Origin: Thermoplasmata archaeon
Lineage (GTDB): Archaea; Thermoplasmatota; Penumbrarchaeia; JAEHCK01; GCA-020356005
Direction of reading: 5' to 3'
Assembly: GCA_020356005.1 (NCBI GenBank)
Contig: CP070629.1
Span: forward strand, 1,981,490-2,030,188
DNA length: 48,699 nucleotides
Of the stretch, positions 26,101 to 35,081 are shown one piece after another. The notes beneath the pieces were generated by a model that saw only the letters and a program-made list of their open reading frames with translations, was not told the DNA's origin and searched no databases. Within the stretch, counting starts at the first letter, position 1; every line of letters begins with the position of its first letter. Made by a program: the position numbers and the translations under genes.

Positions 26101-28970
26101 ATGAAACCTACCAGAGCGAGCTCGCATTTCTTATAATGCAGTGGTTTGCCTACCCCGAGCTGCGCATCGAATTGAAGACCTCGGTAATCGATATCACGGT
26201 CTCTAACGATAATCCCATGATCGGCGATTCGTATATCATTCGAACCGCTCTTTACAATTACGGCGGTAACGATACCTCCACCGTCGTGCGATTTCTGGAC
26301 GGCAGCACCATAATCGACACGCAGGCGGTATATGTACCCGCCGGCGGGAGCTCGGCAACAGAGGTTATCTGGACACCTCTGTTTGCGGGCAAGCGCAACC
26401 TGAAGGTAGCAGTGGACCCGCAAAACGACGTTGATGAAATCTTCGAGAGGTTAAACAACAACGCCACGCGCGTGGGGTTCAACGTATTCTATTTCTTCGA
26501 CGACCTGGAGAACGGTACAGGTAACTGGCAGCACGACGGAACCATTATCCACATAACCGGCGAGAGCCCTCTGGATTATATGGATAAACCCGTCTACTCC
26601 AACATAATGTACGACTGGAACCGCAGCGAGTCCGGGGGTTTCATTCCCACAAGTTATAGCTATCACAGCTTCAATTACTCTTATTATACCTACGAACCCG
26701 AGGGTACCGTCAGTATCGTATTCACTCTGGACAATTCCGAAACCATGACCGCCCAGAATCTCTACGACCTCAAGGTCGCATTCAATTCAACAATAAACAA
26801 CATGTCAGACGATGACCGCGTGGCGATGCTGACATATAACACAACAACGAACCATACGCTTTTCGACGGTAACGGCAGTTATACTTTACTCACCGATCTT
26901 GCTACTAACGAGGACGACGACGGGTTCCTAGAATTAGGCGGCAACTACACGTGTCCGATCCACGGTACGGATGAGTCCGGCCGTGCTGTAGCCAAGCATC
27001 TTGTCAGCATCCTGGATAATTCCGGAGGGGTGGGAAGACCGCTGTGGGAGACGGTTAACGCCGCAATCGATCTCGCTTACAGTTACGGTAGAGGCGTTCC
27101 CGCAGTGTTTGCAATGACCAGCGGTAACGATTCGGGGCCGCCCAACGGCTCGCCACCCGATGAAGGCCCGGCGGGCCCATGGGATCCACTGGATCCCAAA
27201 ACCTTCAACGGTAATGACGGCAATATCACCGATGATTGGACAATAGGTAAGGTATACGATGTCTGTAATGCACCGGTAAAGGTTTACACCGTGGGATTAA
27301 ATTTACCCGGCGGTAAGACCGGTATATCCATCGGCAATCCGTTGAACGAGACCTCGGAAAGCTCAAATGCAACGTTCTATCATACAACCGATTCTGCCAC
27401 ATTATCAGACATTTATAACGAAATGTTCATAGATATATTCAGGGTAACGCAGGCGCGGAGCGCACGCGCCCCTACTACGTTCTTCGAAGATGACTTCGAA
27501 ACAGACCTGACTAAGTGGCCGACAAGATCAACAAAATGGTCACAAAGTGCTGACCGAGGTTATGGCACATCAACATATAGTGCGAAATTAGATGCTAAAT
27601 CAGGGGCCGATAGTACCCTTGAATCAATTAGTATCGATCTATCCTCTGCTACTTCTGCTACATTAACATTTTATCATTGGTTGATTGGAACAGAAGATGC
27701 AGATATTGTCTTAGAATTTTATAATGGCGTTGATTGGGATCCAATTGATGATTTTGGGACAGAGGTAACCGTACCGAATAGTTGGGTTAAAAAAACAGTT
27801 ACTATAAATGTCGGAACCTATGGTATTCCCAGTTTCCAGATCAGATTCAATGGTAATACCAATCCCAGTGAGTATGTCTATATCGACGATGTTTTATTAT
27901 CAGGTGAAGTGTCCACAGGCCCCGGCTCGACGCCCGGCACAACCGAGCGGAGCTTGTGGGGCGCCGGCGACCGTAATCTGACCACCGAGAGCTTCGATTT
28001 GTTAGGGGTTACCACAGCCACGCTGACATGGTACCAGAAGTATGATATCAAGAGCGCCATGAACGGGCTGGTAGTACAAATCGGTATCTATAACAGTACC
28101 GATACAACCTGGAGGTACAGGTACCTGTACCCGAAACAGCCTTACACGAGCAATTACGATACCAGGAACACTCGCCGCGACGATTTCGGGACCGATATGC
28201 GCTGGTGCTATAACGGCGTTTCCGGGTACGGTTTGTATACCTGGGACTTTATTGAGGTTGATTTGTCAAATTATACAGGTCAAACCAATTTACGTGTTAG
28301 ATATCTATATATGTGGTCCGGCTGGGGCGACGGCGGTTATTACTTCATTGACGATGTTAAACTGCGTGTTATCCGAAACGACACCACCGCGGTTACTTCC
28401 GCTGCCGCAGACCAGTGGGCGATGACAACCGGGGATGCCCACAGCGGGACCCACAGCTGGTGGATCTGCGATCCCTCCACGGGTCATTTATCCGGCGGGC
28501 TCGATAACAGCTTATACACCCGCCCGATAGACCTGACGGGTGCACGCAATGCTACCTTATCTGCATATTTCAAATTCAATATTAACGCCAGTGCCGGCAG
28601 GCCCCCTGACGGGTTCAGGGTGGAAATCAGTTCAGATAACGGTGTGAGCTGGAAAGCCCTCAACCTGGGTGTGCGTACCGCCTGGGGCGTTTCCGGCAAC
28701 GAATCGGATGCAGAGGACGGTACGCCTGGCGACGGTAAGAGCTACACGGGGCTGGATTCGGGTAACCGGTGGGTACACACTTCTACACTTGCCAGATTGA
28801 ATACCGACATATCCGGCTGGGCCGGAAATGTTGTAATGCTGAGGTTCAGGGTGGTCACTGCATCGGATGATAACCCTGATTTCAGTAATCACTATGAATG
28901 GGCCGGGGCGGGATTCGGCGGCATTTACGTTGATGACATTATTATATCCGGCTTTTCGTTACTTGGATAA
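23130..28970 (+). CDS. giant modular type IV pilin-like (class III signal peptide) surface protein GP1: CARDB x4, two alpha/beta DDD modules, degenerate vWA, three jelly-roll-like modules
   Basis: 1946 aa with AGGTGA SD. N-terminus NRDTRAVTEALGTVFLLAISITLVGLVFVWV resembles the archaeal Pilin_N/DUF1628 motif. CARDB-like units (e.g. ADLSVLAENITF..VTNEGS..NNYA). Two alpha/beta modules (PKIVLVDDDGAS.., YTILVVDDDNST..). vWA-like VSIVFTLDNSET. The C-terminal modules each end in an hydrophobic-IDDV/VDDI motif: YVYIDDVLL, YYFIDDVKL and IYVDDIII. Confidence 0.85.
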   Translation: MKQPKFHIGALRKRFFNRDTRAVTEALGTVFLLAISITLVGLVFVWVNSLADFDEGRALADLSISYQDDVVSIEHKGGEVLQDAETEILIQVDTYLTRYSISESEGDMAGDLDWGLGETWNKTVLSTPDSEIYVAVYDLNTNTRLIGETVQAGAGRARLADLSVLAENITFEFSGANIRKDDLVNITVRVTNEGSANAYYVLVRFYDGANIIRKNNREYQLVNVTAGGYNTTWIHWYPDSYGLHTIHVKVFYEFGEINYANNYAEKNANVEVILPEVHGSDMKITTYDILFDNSNPTHGALIKVTILVHNEGDRAVTAKDGATLIVRDTPITWNPIDPLADKPVYTDGVHLNKTFYNVTIPVSGYTPYSFWWSAMPGGTVLIYAFVDANNTVMETEDTNGLYESNNLAIRAIQILPKIVLVDDDGASAGSFDVTSTMRDSLTASGVVYDNHYVIGSDDPAYDTGSHPLKDYDIIIWMTGYNTNTLTPANIEAIKSAMKNGTYLWMISQDVLNDTVATQGDPVAGEFAYDFLGVDEYTMTGTPVELYGVPGDVITNGTLLNTTGILRGQDRGVNISAFKSDTLKEDVNGILYNTVALGQDGNMSVRYYNATHDFKVVYFGWEFASLVDPTDRADLTFKVLQWFNWTILLGTDFAIASEKFSTLTPRYLDRLEINATVRNNGADTATVDVAFFLTGPDGEEELIPKFPDNQANPYSITIPGNGGEVTVGKQWLAVSVGLHNFRVMVDPYDLVDEVSEANNDISYSNLAVTQLLIQYTILVVDDDNSTNNGGFHPNATAAVTTALDNIDYPFDFRSVTGGLSPGNGPTVDVMKHYNTVIWITGNDTGPTLNGSDQQNIVEYIRGLYFEAQYLTDIKVNLWLIGQHILEDLTVTNATFISEILRVSSFTSDTGMPSTLYGVYDDIITHGIQYDTNTLYSDYGDTITPGENATGILYQSRLAGTYNSLRFNDTEHRLIFMPWIYDFISTPAGFPSDETYQSELAFLIMQWFAYPELRIELKTSVIDITVSNDNPMIGDSYIIRTALYNYGGNDTSTVVRFLDGSTIIDTQAVYVPAGGSSATEVIWTPLFAGKRNLKVAVDPQNDVDEIFERLNNNATRVGFNVFYFFDDLENGTGNWQHDGTIIHITGESPLDYMDKPVYSNIMYDWNRSESGGFIPTSYSYHSFNYSYYTYEPEGTVSIVFTLDNSETMTAQNLYDLKVAFNSTINNMSDDDRVAMLTYNTTTNHTLFDGNGSYTLLTDLATNEDDDGFLELGGNYTCPIHGTDESGRAVAKHLVSILDNSGGVGRPLWETVNAAIDLAYSYGRGVPAVFAMTSGNDSGPPNGSPPDEGPAGPWDPLDPKTFNGNDGNITDDWTIGKVYDVCNAPVKVYTVGLNLPGGKTGISIGNPLNETSESSNATFYHTTDSATLSDIYNEMFIDIFRVTQARSARAPTTFFEDDFETDLTKWPTRSTKWSQSADRGYGTSTYSAKLDAKSGADSTLESISIDLSSATSATLTFYHWLIGTEDADIVLEFYNGVDWDPIDDFGTEVTVPNSWVKKTVTINVGTYGIPSFQIRFNGNTNPSEYVYIDDVLLSGEVSTGPGSTPGTTERSLWGAGDRNLTTESFDLLGVTTATLTWYQKYDIKSAMNGLVVQIGIYNSTDTTWRYRYLYPKQPYTSNYDTRNTRRDDFGTDMRWCYNGVSGYGLYTWDFIEVDLSNYTGQTNLRVRYLYMWSGWGDGGYYFIDDVKLRVIRNDTTAVTSAAADQWAMTTGDAHSGTHSWWICDPSTGHLSGGLDNSLYTRPIDLTGARNATLSAYFKFNINASAGRPPDGFRVEISSDNGVSWKALNLGVRTAWGVSGNESDAEDGTPGDGKSYTGLDSGNRWVHTSTLARLNTDISGWAGNVVMLRFRVVTASDDNPDFSNHYEWAGAGFGGIYVDDIIISGFSLLG
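23178..23270 (+). other. class III (prepilin-like) signal peptide and hydrophobic pilin helix of GP1
   Basis: N-R-D-T-R-A|V-T-E-A-L-G followed by about 20 hydrophobic residues. The same [DN]x[RK]A[VL][ST] plus helix pattern occurs in the next three genes. Confidence 0.7.
26709..27446 (+). other. vWA-like domain of GP1 with degenerate MIDAS
   Basis: DNSET (26730-26744) stands in place of DxSxS, and MTSGND stands in place of the usual ..SDG.. strand. Confidence 0.55.
27480..27911 (+). other. extra jelly-roll-like module in GP1, absent from GP2, low GC
   Basis: FFEDDFETD....YVYIDDVLLSGEV has no counterpart at the aligned position of GP2. Six 60-nt lines hand-counted at 28-45% GC, against 55% and 70% in the flanking lines. 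Confidence 0.6.
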
Positions 28971-29020
28971 CGAGCAGACGAGGTTTGAAGCCATGTGATA
29001 ATGAAGGTGGTTGAGCAACA

Positions 29021-32000
29021 ATGAAAAGAACCGTACCAAACCGACCAAACCGAGGGCGAGACGATGCCCGGAGCAAGAGGCACAGCAGTATGAGGATGTA
29101 TTCTATTTTCAGAATGAACCGCAAGGCTGTATCGGAAGCGCTGGGTACCATACTGCTGATGGGTGTGGCTATTGTACTTGTCTCGGCAATGTTCGTCTGG
29201 ACCCAGCTTATACCTAAGCTTGAGGAAGGTAATCTGGCACATTTTAATGCCGATTATGCGGACGGCAACATAACCATCACGCATATGGGCGGCGATGAAT
29301 TAATTACGGATGAGACCGAGATAAGAGTAAGGGTGGATTCCCAGACCCTCAAGTACGAGCTCAGTTCAGATCCAGCCATAGATGAAGACAAACGATGGCG
29401 AGCAGGCGAAAGCTGGATAAAAGAGGTGGAGATAGAGGTCACTCCCGATTCCGAACTTGAAGTTCAGGTAATAGACACCGGTAACCAGATGGTGCTGTTC
29501 TCCGATGAACTTTATACCAAGACCACCCAGGAAGAACTGCCTGACCTGTCGGTCGTACCTGACAACATCACTTTCAACTATCCCGGCAACATGATAAGAC
29601 GCTACATCTGGACAAATATAACCGTCCGCATCTCTAACCTCGGCACCGTTGATGTGAGCAACGCGGTTGTAAGGCTGTTCGTTGGCAGCACCCCCATCAC
29701 AAAGGACGGGAGAGACCAGATTCTCGTTGATGTCCCTGCCGATTCCACCGTCTCGGTGTGGGTGAACTGGACGCCCCGCGAGTGGGGTCTGCAGACCATT
29801 TTCGTTAAATTATATTCAGGTTACAGCGAAATTGATTATTCCAATAACTACGCGTTCGAGGAGATACTGGTTGACATCCAGACGATTTTGATACACGGTC
29901 CCGACCTGCAGTTGACCAGCTGGGATATTTTGATGTATCCCGAGTTCCCCACGCGCGGTGACGATGTTAAGGTTACAATAATCGTTCATAATCTCGGCGA
30001 CGAGCCGGTCCAGAGCAAGGACGGTGCTACGCTTGTCATTCGAGACACAGAAATACAATGGAACACCACCACCGATAAGGCAATGTATACCGACGGTGTG
30101 TTTTTGAACCAGACGTTTTACAATGTAAGCATCCCGGCCAACGGCATAGTTTACAGAGATTTCGTATGGACTGCAAGGCCTGGCGGAAATGTTACATTAT
30201 ACACTTATATAGATGTCAATAATTCTGTAATAGAGACCCCTAATAACGACGGGGCCCTGGAGTACAATAACCTTGCAACGAGGATATTCAAGATCATGCC
30301 AAAGATCCTGCTGGTGGACGACGATAATATAACCAGTGGCGAATCCGATTCAGGCTCCAAACTCCGGCATGCCATGATAGCCGCCGGGGCTACCTTTGAT
30401 ATGTATATCACAAGCGGTAATGCGGATCCGTATTACGATTCCGGCAGTAAACAGCTCAAGGACTACGATATTGTTGTCTGGACCACCGGTTACGAGAAAG
30501 AAAACACGCTCAGCGCAGCAAATATCGCAACGCTGAAGCGTGCAATGGTTAACGGTACCTACCTCTGGCTGGTGGGCCAGGACATAGTACCCGAGCTCAC
30601 AGCGAACCTTGGCGATATGGACAGCGCCCCCGATCCAGGCGAATTTGTATATGATTTTCTGGGTGTAAAGGCCTATACCCAACCAGAGAACGGTACACCT
30701 GAATTACTGGAAGGTATCGATACAGACCCCATATCCACAGATTTGCGTTTGAACCTGTCCAGTATCTGGCTGGCGGAGGACAGAGGAATTAATATTTCCG
30801 CATTTAAGAATGATTCAATTTCCGACGGCATTGCAGGAATATTCTATAATACCTCTGAACTGGGGCCCGGAGGCAATGCGTCTATACGGTACTATAATAT
30901 AACTACCGACTTCAAAACAGTTTATTTCGGGTTCGAATTCTCATCAATCAACAATCCGGTTATACGCGCACAGGTCGCCTTCAGGGTTCTTAAATGGCTG
31001 AACTGGACGCTTACATTCGGTACGGACTTTGCGGTTGCAGAAGAGACGTTTTCGAAGGCCGAGCCGAAGTATCTCGACCGCGTATGGATAAACGCCACCA
31101 TTTTGAACAACGGTCCCGAGGAGATGAATGTAACAGTAGCGTTCTATGTTACCGGCCCGGACGGTCTGGAGAAACTGATACCGCAGTATCCCGATATGCA
31201 GAAGAACCCGTATACGATCATTATAGAGGGCGGGGGCGGCAAGTACCCCGTCTCCAAGGAGTGGCTGGCAACGGAGGTGGGACTGCACAACTTCAGGGTG
31301 GTGGTGGACCCCTTCGACGCGCATGAAGAGATCTCGGAGGAGAACAACGATATAACCTACACGGATTTGAACACGGAGCTTGACATAGCTTTCGCTATCC
31401 TGGTTGTGGATGATGATAACAGCACGAACAATAACGGCAACGACGTCGATATGGTATCCAGCATAACAGAGGCGCTGGATATACTGGAATATGATTACGA
31501 CTTCAGAATTGTTCAAGGCGGCGGAGACCCCAAGGCGGGCCCGGATGTAGAGATACTCAAGCACTACAATGCGGTTATATGGTGCACAGGTACCACCGGA
31601 AATCATACCCTGAACGTAACCGACCAGTATGAGATCGAAAAATATCTCACGGGCGTTTATGAAGAAGCCGCTTTTATCGAGAACCTCCGTGTGAATTTCC
31701 TGTTGATCGGCACCAATGTGCTGGAGGATCTGAACGGCTCGGGAACGAATATGGATCCTTCACCGGATGCGTTCGTAGAGAAGTATTTACATGTTGACCG
31801 TTACACCACCAACCAAACCCTGAATTCTGAGTTACACGGTATCGTCGACCACCCGGTAACGCACGGGCTGGATTACGAGCTCCAATTGTACGGCTCTGGT
31901 GCACCGGCTGATATCACAACCGATGCAGTAGTGCCCACAAGCGACGCTACCGGCTTGTTCTGGCGCACCGGCGCGCACACCTCGTACGCAGGTGTAAGCT

Positions 32001-35000
32001 ACAACAGCTCGGAATACAAGGTTGTATTTATTCCGTGGGCGTATTCCGCTATCGCACCTTCCAATATCGGCATGGAGACCAATCAATCCGAATTTATGTT
32101 TTTGATAATGAACTGGTTCGCTTACCCCGAGAAGCGCATCGAGCTCCGGACTTACGGCGTGGATATCACATTGAATGACGATAACCCTGTCATCGGCGCC
32201 TCGTATGTGCTCCGAACCAATGTGTTCAACTACGGCGGGCGGGATACCAGTGCCATAGTCCGTTATTACGATAAAAATACGATTATCGATACCCAGACGA
32301 TATATGTTCCGGCAGACGGTAATTCCACCTCGGAGATCATCTGGGTACCGCTGTTTGCAGGGAACCGAACCCTGAATGTAAAAGTGGATGCGGCAAACGA
32401 TGTACCGGAGATATTCGAGTACATCAACAATAATGCGTCACGGCCAAACGAAGAAGTGTTCTTCTTCTATGACGATATGGAGATGGGTACGAGCAACTGG
32501 AACCATGAGAGCGTGTTGTATCGGATCCGCGGCGAGAGCCCACTGGACTATATGGACCAACCTGTGCATACGACAATAAACGGCACCTGGGACCAGGTAA
32601 GCGGTTTCAAGAACTACACGTTTGATTACCACTCCTCGAATACGAGCTTTTTTGCGTCCGAGCCCGGCGGTTCCACCTCCAAGCCGATTCTGGACATTGT
32701 ATTTGTCTTTGATACTTCAAATTCAATGGCTTTTGTAGATGGAGTGAAACAAGATTTTCCAGATCGGCCTATCGATCTGGCCAAAGAGGCGGCGCGTTAC
32801 CTGCTTGACTATGTCCATGACGAATCGCGGGTAATGATATACAAGACCGCCGCCAGTGAAATTGCACGGAATGTTACTCGAGACCTTGGTTGGACAACAT
32901 TGGATAAGACCGGCCGGGATCTATTAATGAACGACCCGCCGCATTATCTCTCTCATCATGGATCATCGTCGGCAGAATTGGATCCTAGTTCGTGGACCTT
33001 GATATGGTGGGCCATGGGCGATGCAGTCGAAGCGGGAATCGGCATGGGTAGAAAAGGTAAAACTGTAGTGATAACACTTTCTGACGGTGCTGATTATAAG
33101 GGTTCAGACAATAATATCGACATATCCAAAGACAGCTCATTTGACCCGATAGAAATGGGAAGTGCCAGTAACGGCCCCGCTTACGGCTGGTGTCCGTGGC
33201 GCGACTTCGGTACGCAGGATCTAATCGATTTCCACTGGGGCAAATATTTTGGCGATTCCAACACTCCGGGTTACTGGTTCAACCAAACCTTCGGACCGCC
33301 TGTAACAAAACAAGACTATGCCAGAGGGTTGCTCCGTGCGCCGATACCCATTTATACTATCGGCTTAACTTTGGAGACCGCCACGAACCGGTCGGGTGAT
33401 ATAAATGAACCCGATTTCGTTGAAGTGAGCTCAGCAGTAAACTTCAGAGATAGGCACGGGGATGTTTTAATCCATCCCAATGGCAACGAGTCCGGCACAC
33501 CAGAATTTAACCTCTACAGAGTGGCAACAACTTCCCACGGTAAGTATTACTATGCCGAAAAAGCCGAGGATCTGAAGGACATCTTCGGAAAGATCCGGGA
33601 AGATATAACCGCGTTGCTAACACGCGGAACACCGTTATCTCGAGCAACCGATATCGGCATCGAAACCAAATACGCTTTAACTGGCGAATTCAGCCTGGTG
33701 GGCATGGATTCGGCTAAGCTAACTTTCTATCATAAGTTTAAACTCAATCTGGGTTACAACGGTGCTATCGTTCGCATAGGTATGCCCAACGCCACAGGAG
33801 GCTGGGCGTACAAATATATCGAACCCTCCCAGATGTACAACAGCAATCTATACCTCCAGCGTACCGAGTACGACGACTTCGGTACGCCCATGCTCTGGTG
33901 TTGGAACGGCGTTTCCGGAGGTGGTTTATACGAATGGGAATACGCCGAATTCGACCTCTCACAGTTCATCGGCCAGCCCCGGCTGAGGATGAATTTCACG
34001 CTGGTACTGTACGGCGGCGGCGACGGCGGGGGGTGGTGGATCGACGATGTGGAGGTGCGGGTCACCCGCAGTAATATGAATCCAGTAACAGATGCCTCCA
34101 AGGACCAGTGGGAATGGACGGAGCATGCCGCGCACAGCGGCAGCTTCAGCTGGTGGAACCATAACGCTACCACGGAAAATCTTACGGGCGGATTGGACAA
34201 CAGCCTGTATACCCGCTCAATAGATCTTACGAGGGCGCGCAACGCGACGCTTACTGCTTATTTACGATTCAATATCAATGCATCCGGCGGCCGACCGCCA
34301 GACGGGTTCAGGGTGGAAGTGTCTGCCGATAACGGCCGTATCTGGAAACCGTTGAATTTAGGTTCACGGGCAGCCTGGGGCGTGTCCGGTGATAAAGCTG
34401 ATATTACCGACGGCGTACTCGACGGCAGGAGCGTAACAGGGCTTGATCCGGACGGAGACGGCTGGGTTGAGTGTGGGACACTGACCCGGCTGGACACGGA
34501 CCTGTCCGGCTGGCGCGGCTCTGTAATCAAGATCAGGTTCAGGGTGGTAACCGCAGTTGGAGGTAATCCTTACTGGTCCGGTGAGCATTACGATGACCCG
34601 GATGCAGGCTTCGGCGGGCTGTACATTGACGACGTGATAGTCTACGGCGAATCCATCGAGGCGGAATCCGAGAAGAGCACGCGGATTTCGGACCGACCCG
34701 GTTCGGGATCGCTACGCACCGGTTTACCTGTGGTTACTGTAATTGAAGTCGAAGAATCCTCCGGTGAATCTCCCCAGGATACAGAGGTGACGGTTGAAGA
34801 ATATGCGGAGTCACCTGAAGGGATTCAAAGTCATATAATAACCGGCCCGCCTGCTCTGAACGATGAAACTTACGAACCGACGGTAAACGATGAAGGTTCT
34901 GATAAGAAGGAAGTGGAGGTTGAGCCGGTAATAGTTGAGGAAGATGGTTCGAACACAGAAGATAATGAAAATGACAGCAACCTCAGCCTGGCGGCTTTAT

Positions 35001-35077
35001 CATCCTCGCTGTGTGCCCTGATATTAATAATCATACTGTTGATCGGTAAATTATTTGGCAGATACAGGCGGAGGTGA
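29021..35077 (+). CDS. giant modular type IV pilin-like surface protein GP2 (paralog of GP1): canonical vWA MIDAS, acidic linker, C-terminal TM/basic anchor
   Basis: 2018 aa with AAGGTGG SD. MNRKAVSEALGTILLMGVAIVLVSAMFVW. Colinear with GP1 at about 50-65% identity in the segments I hand-aligned. vWA motifs are LDIVFVFDTSNSM and VVITLSDGAD. The C-terminus is an E/D-rich linker followed by LCALILIIILLIGKLFGRYRRR. Confidence 0.85.
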   Translation: MKRTVPNRPNRGRDDARSKRHSSMRMYSIFRMNRKAVSEALGTILLMGVAIVLVSAMFVWTQLIPKLEEGNLAHFNADYADGNITITHMGGDELITDETEIRVRVDSQTLKYELSSDPAIDEDKRWRAGESWIKEVEIEVTPDSELEVQVIDTGNQMVLFSDELYTKTTQEELPDLSVVPDNITFNYPGNMIRRYIWTNITVRISNLGTVDVSNAVVRLFVGSTPITKDGRDQILVDVPADSTVSVWVNWTPREWGLQTIFVKLYSGYSEIDYSNNYAFEEILVDIQTILIHGPDLQLTSWDILMYPEFPTRGDDVKVTIIVHNLGDEPVQSKDGATLVIRDTEIQWNTTTDKAMYTDGVFLNQTFYNVSIPANGIVYRDFVWTARPGGNVTLYTYIDVNNSVIETPNNDGALEYNNLATRIFKIMPKILLVDDDNITSGESDSGSKLRHAMIAAGATFDMYITSGNADPYYDSGSKQLKDYDIVVWTTGYEKENTLSAANIATLKRAMVNGTYLWLVGQDIVPELTANLGDMDSAPDPGEFVYDFLGVKAYTQPENGTPELLEGIDTDPISTDLRLNLSSIWLAEDRGINISAFKNDSISDGIAGIFYNTSELGPGGNASIRYYNITTDFKTVYFGFEFSSINNPVIRAQVAFRVLKWLNWTLTFGTDFAVAEETFSKAEPKYLDRVWINATILNNGPEEMNVTVAFYVTGPDGLEKLIPQYPDMQKNPYTIIIEGGGGKYPVSKEWLATEVGLHNFRVVVDPFDAHEEISEENNDITYTDLNTELDIAFAILVVDDDNSTNNNGNDVDMVSSITEALDILEYDYDFRIVQGGGDPKAGPDVEILKHYNAVIWCTGTTGNHTLNVTDQYEIEKYLTGVYEEAAFIENLRVNFLLIGTNVLEDLNGSGTNMDPSPDAFVEKYLHVDRYTTNQTLNSELHGIVDHPVTHGLDYELQLYGSGAPADITTDAVVPTSDATGLFWRTGAHTSYAGVSYNSSEYKVVFIPWAYSAIAPSNIGMETNQSEFMFLIMNWFAYPEKRIELRTYGVDITLNDDNPVIGASYVLRTNVFNYGGRDTSAIVRYYDKNTIIDTQTIYVPADGNSTSEIIWVPLFAGNRTLNVKVDAANDVPEIFEYINNNASRPNEEVFFFYDDMEMGTSNWNHESVLYRIRGESPLDYMDQPVHTTINGTWDQVSGFKNYTFDYHSSNTSFFASEPGGSTSKPILDIVFVFDTSNSMAFVDGVKQDFPDRPIDLAKEAARYLLDYVHDESRVMIYKTAASEIARNVTRDLGWTTLDKTGRDLLMNDPPHYLSHHGSSSAELDPSSWTLIWWAMGDAVEAGIGMGRKGKTVVITLSDGADYKGSDNNIDISKDSSFDPIEMGSASNGPAYGWCPWRDFGTQDLIDFHWGKYFGDSNTPGYWFNQTFGPPVTKQDYARGLLRAPIPIYTIGLTLETATNRSGDINEPDFVEVSSAVNFRDRHGDVLIHPNGNESGTPEFNLYRVATTSHGKYYYAEKAEDLKDIFGKIREDITALLTRGTPLSRATDIGIETKYALTGEFSLVGMDSAKLTFYHKFKLNLGYNGAIVRIGMPNATGGWAYKYIEPSQMYNSNLYLQRTEYDDFGTPMLWCWNGVSGGGLYEWEYAEFDLSQFIGQPRLRMNFTLVLYGGGDGGGWWIDDVEVRVTRSNMNPVTDASKDQWEWTEHAAHSGSFSWWNHNATTENLTGGLDNSLYTRSIDLTRARNATLTAYLRFNINASGGRPPDGFRVEVSADNGRIWKPLNLGSRAAWGVSGDKADITDGVLDGRSVTGLDPDGDGWVECGTLTRLDTDLSGWRGSVIKIRFRVVTAVGGNPYWSGEHYDDPDAGFGGLYIDDVIVYGESIEAESEKSTRISDRPGSGSLRTGLPVVTVIEVEESSGESPQDTEVTVEEYAESPEGIQSHIITGPPALNDETYEPTVNDEGSDKKEVEVEPVIVEEDGSNTEDNENDSNLSLAALSSSLCALILIIILLIGKLFGRYRRR
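29117..29200 (+). other. class III signal peptide and pilin helix of GP2
   Basis: N-R-K-A|V-S-E-A-L-G-T followed by a hydrophobic helix. Preceded by a basic leader, or by an alternative start at M32. Confidence 0.7.
32690..33610 (+). other. vWA domain of GP2 with canonical MIDAS
   Basis: DTSNS at 32711-32725, a later TLSDGAD strand, and a long insertion between strands. Confidence 0.7.
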
Positions 35078-35081
35078 AAGA

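Noticed and set aside
23239-34588. Many 60-220-aa antisense or off-frame ORFs inside GP1 and GP2 (e.g. 23649..24179, 25980..26423, 30944..31606, 33754..34242).
   Set aside because: They are embedded in about 6-kb ORFs whose two paralogs align along their full length. This is a typical GC-rich shadow-ORF pattern.
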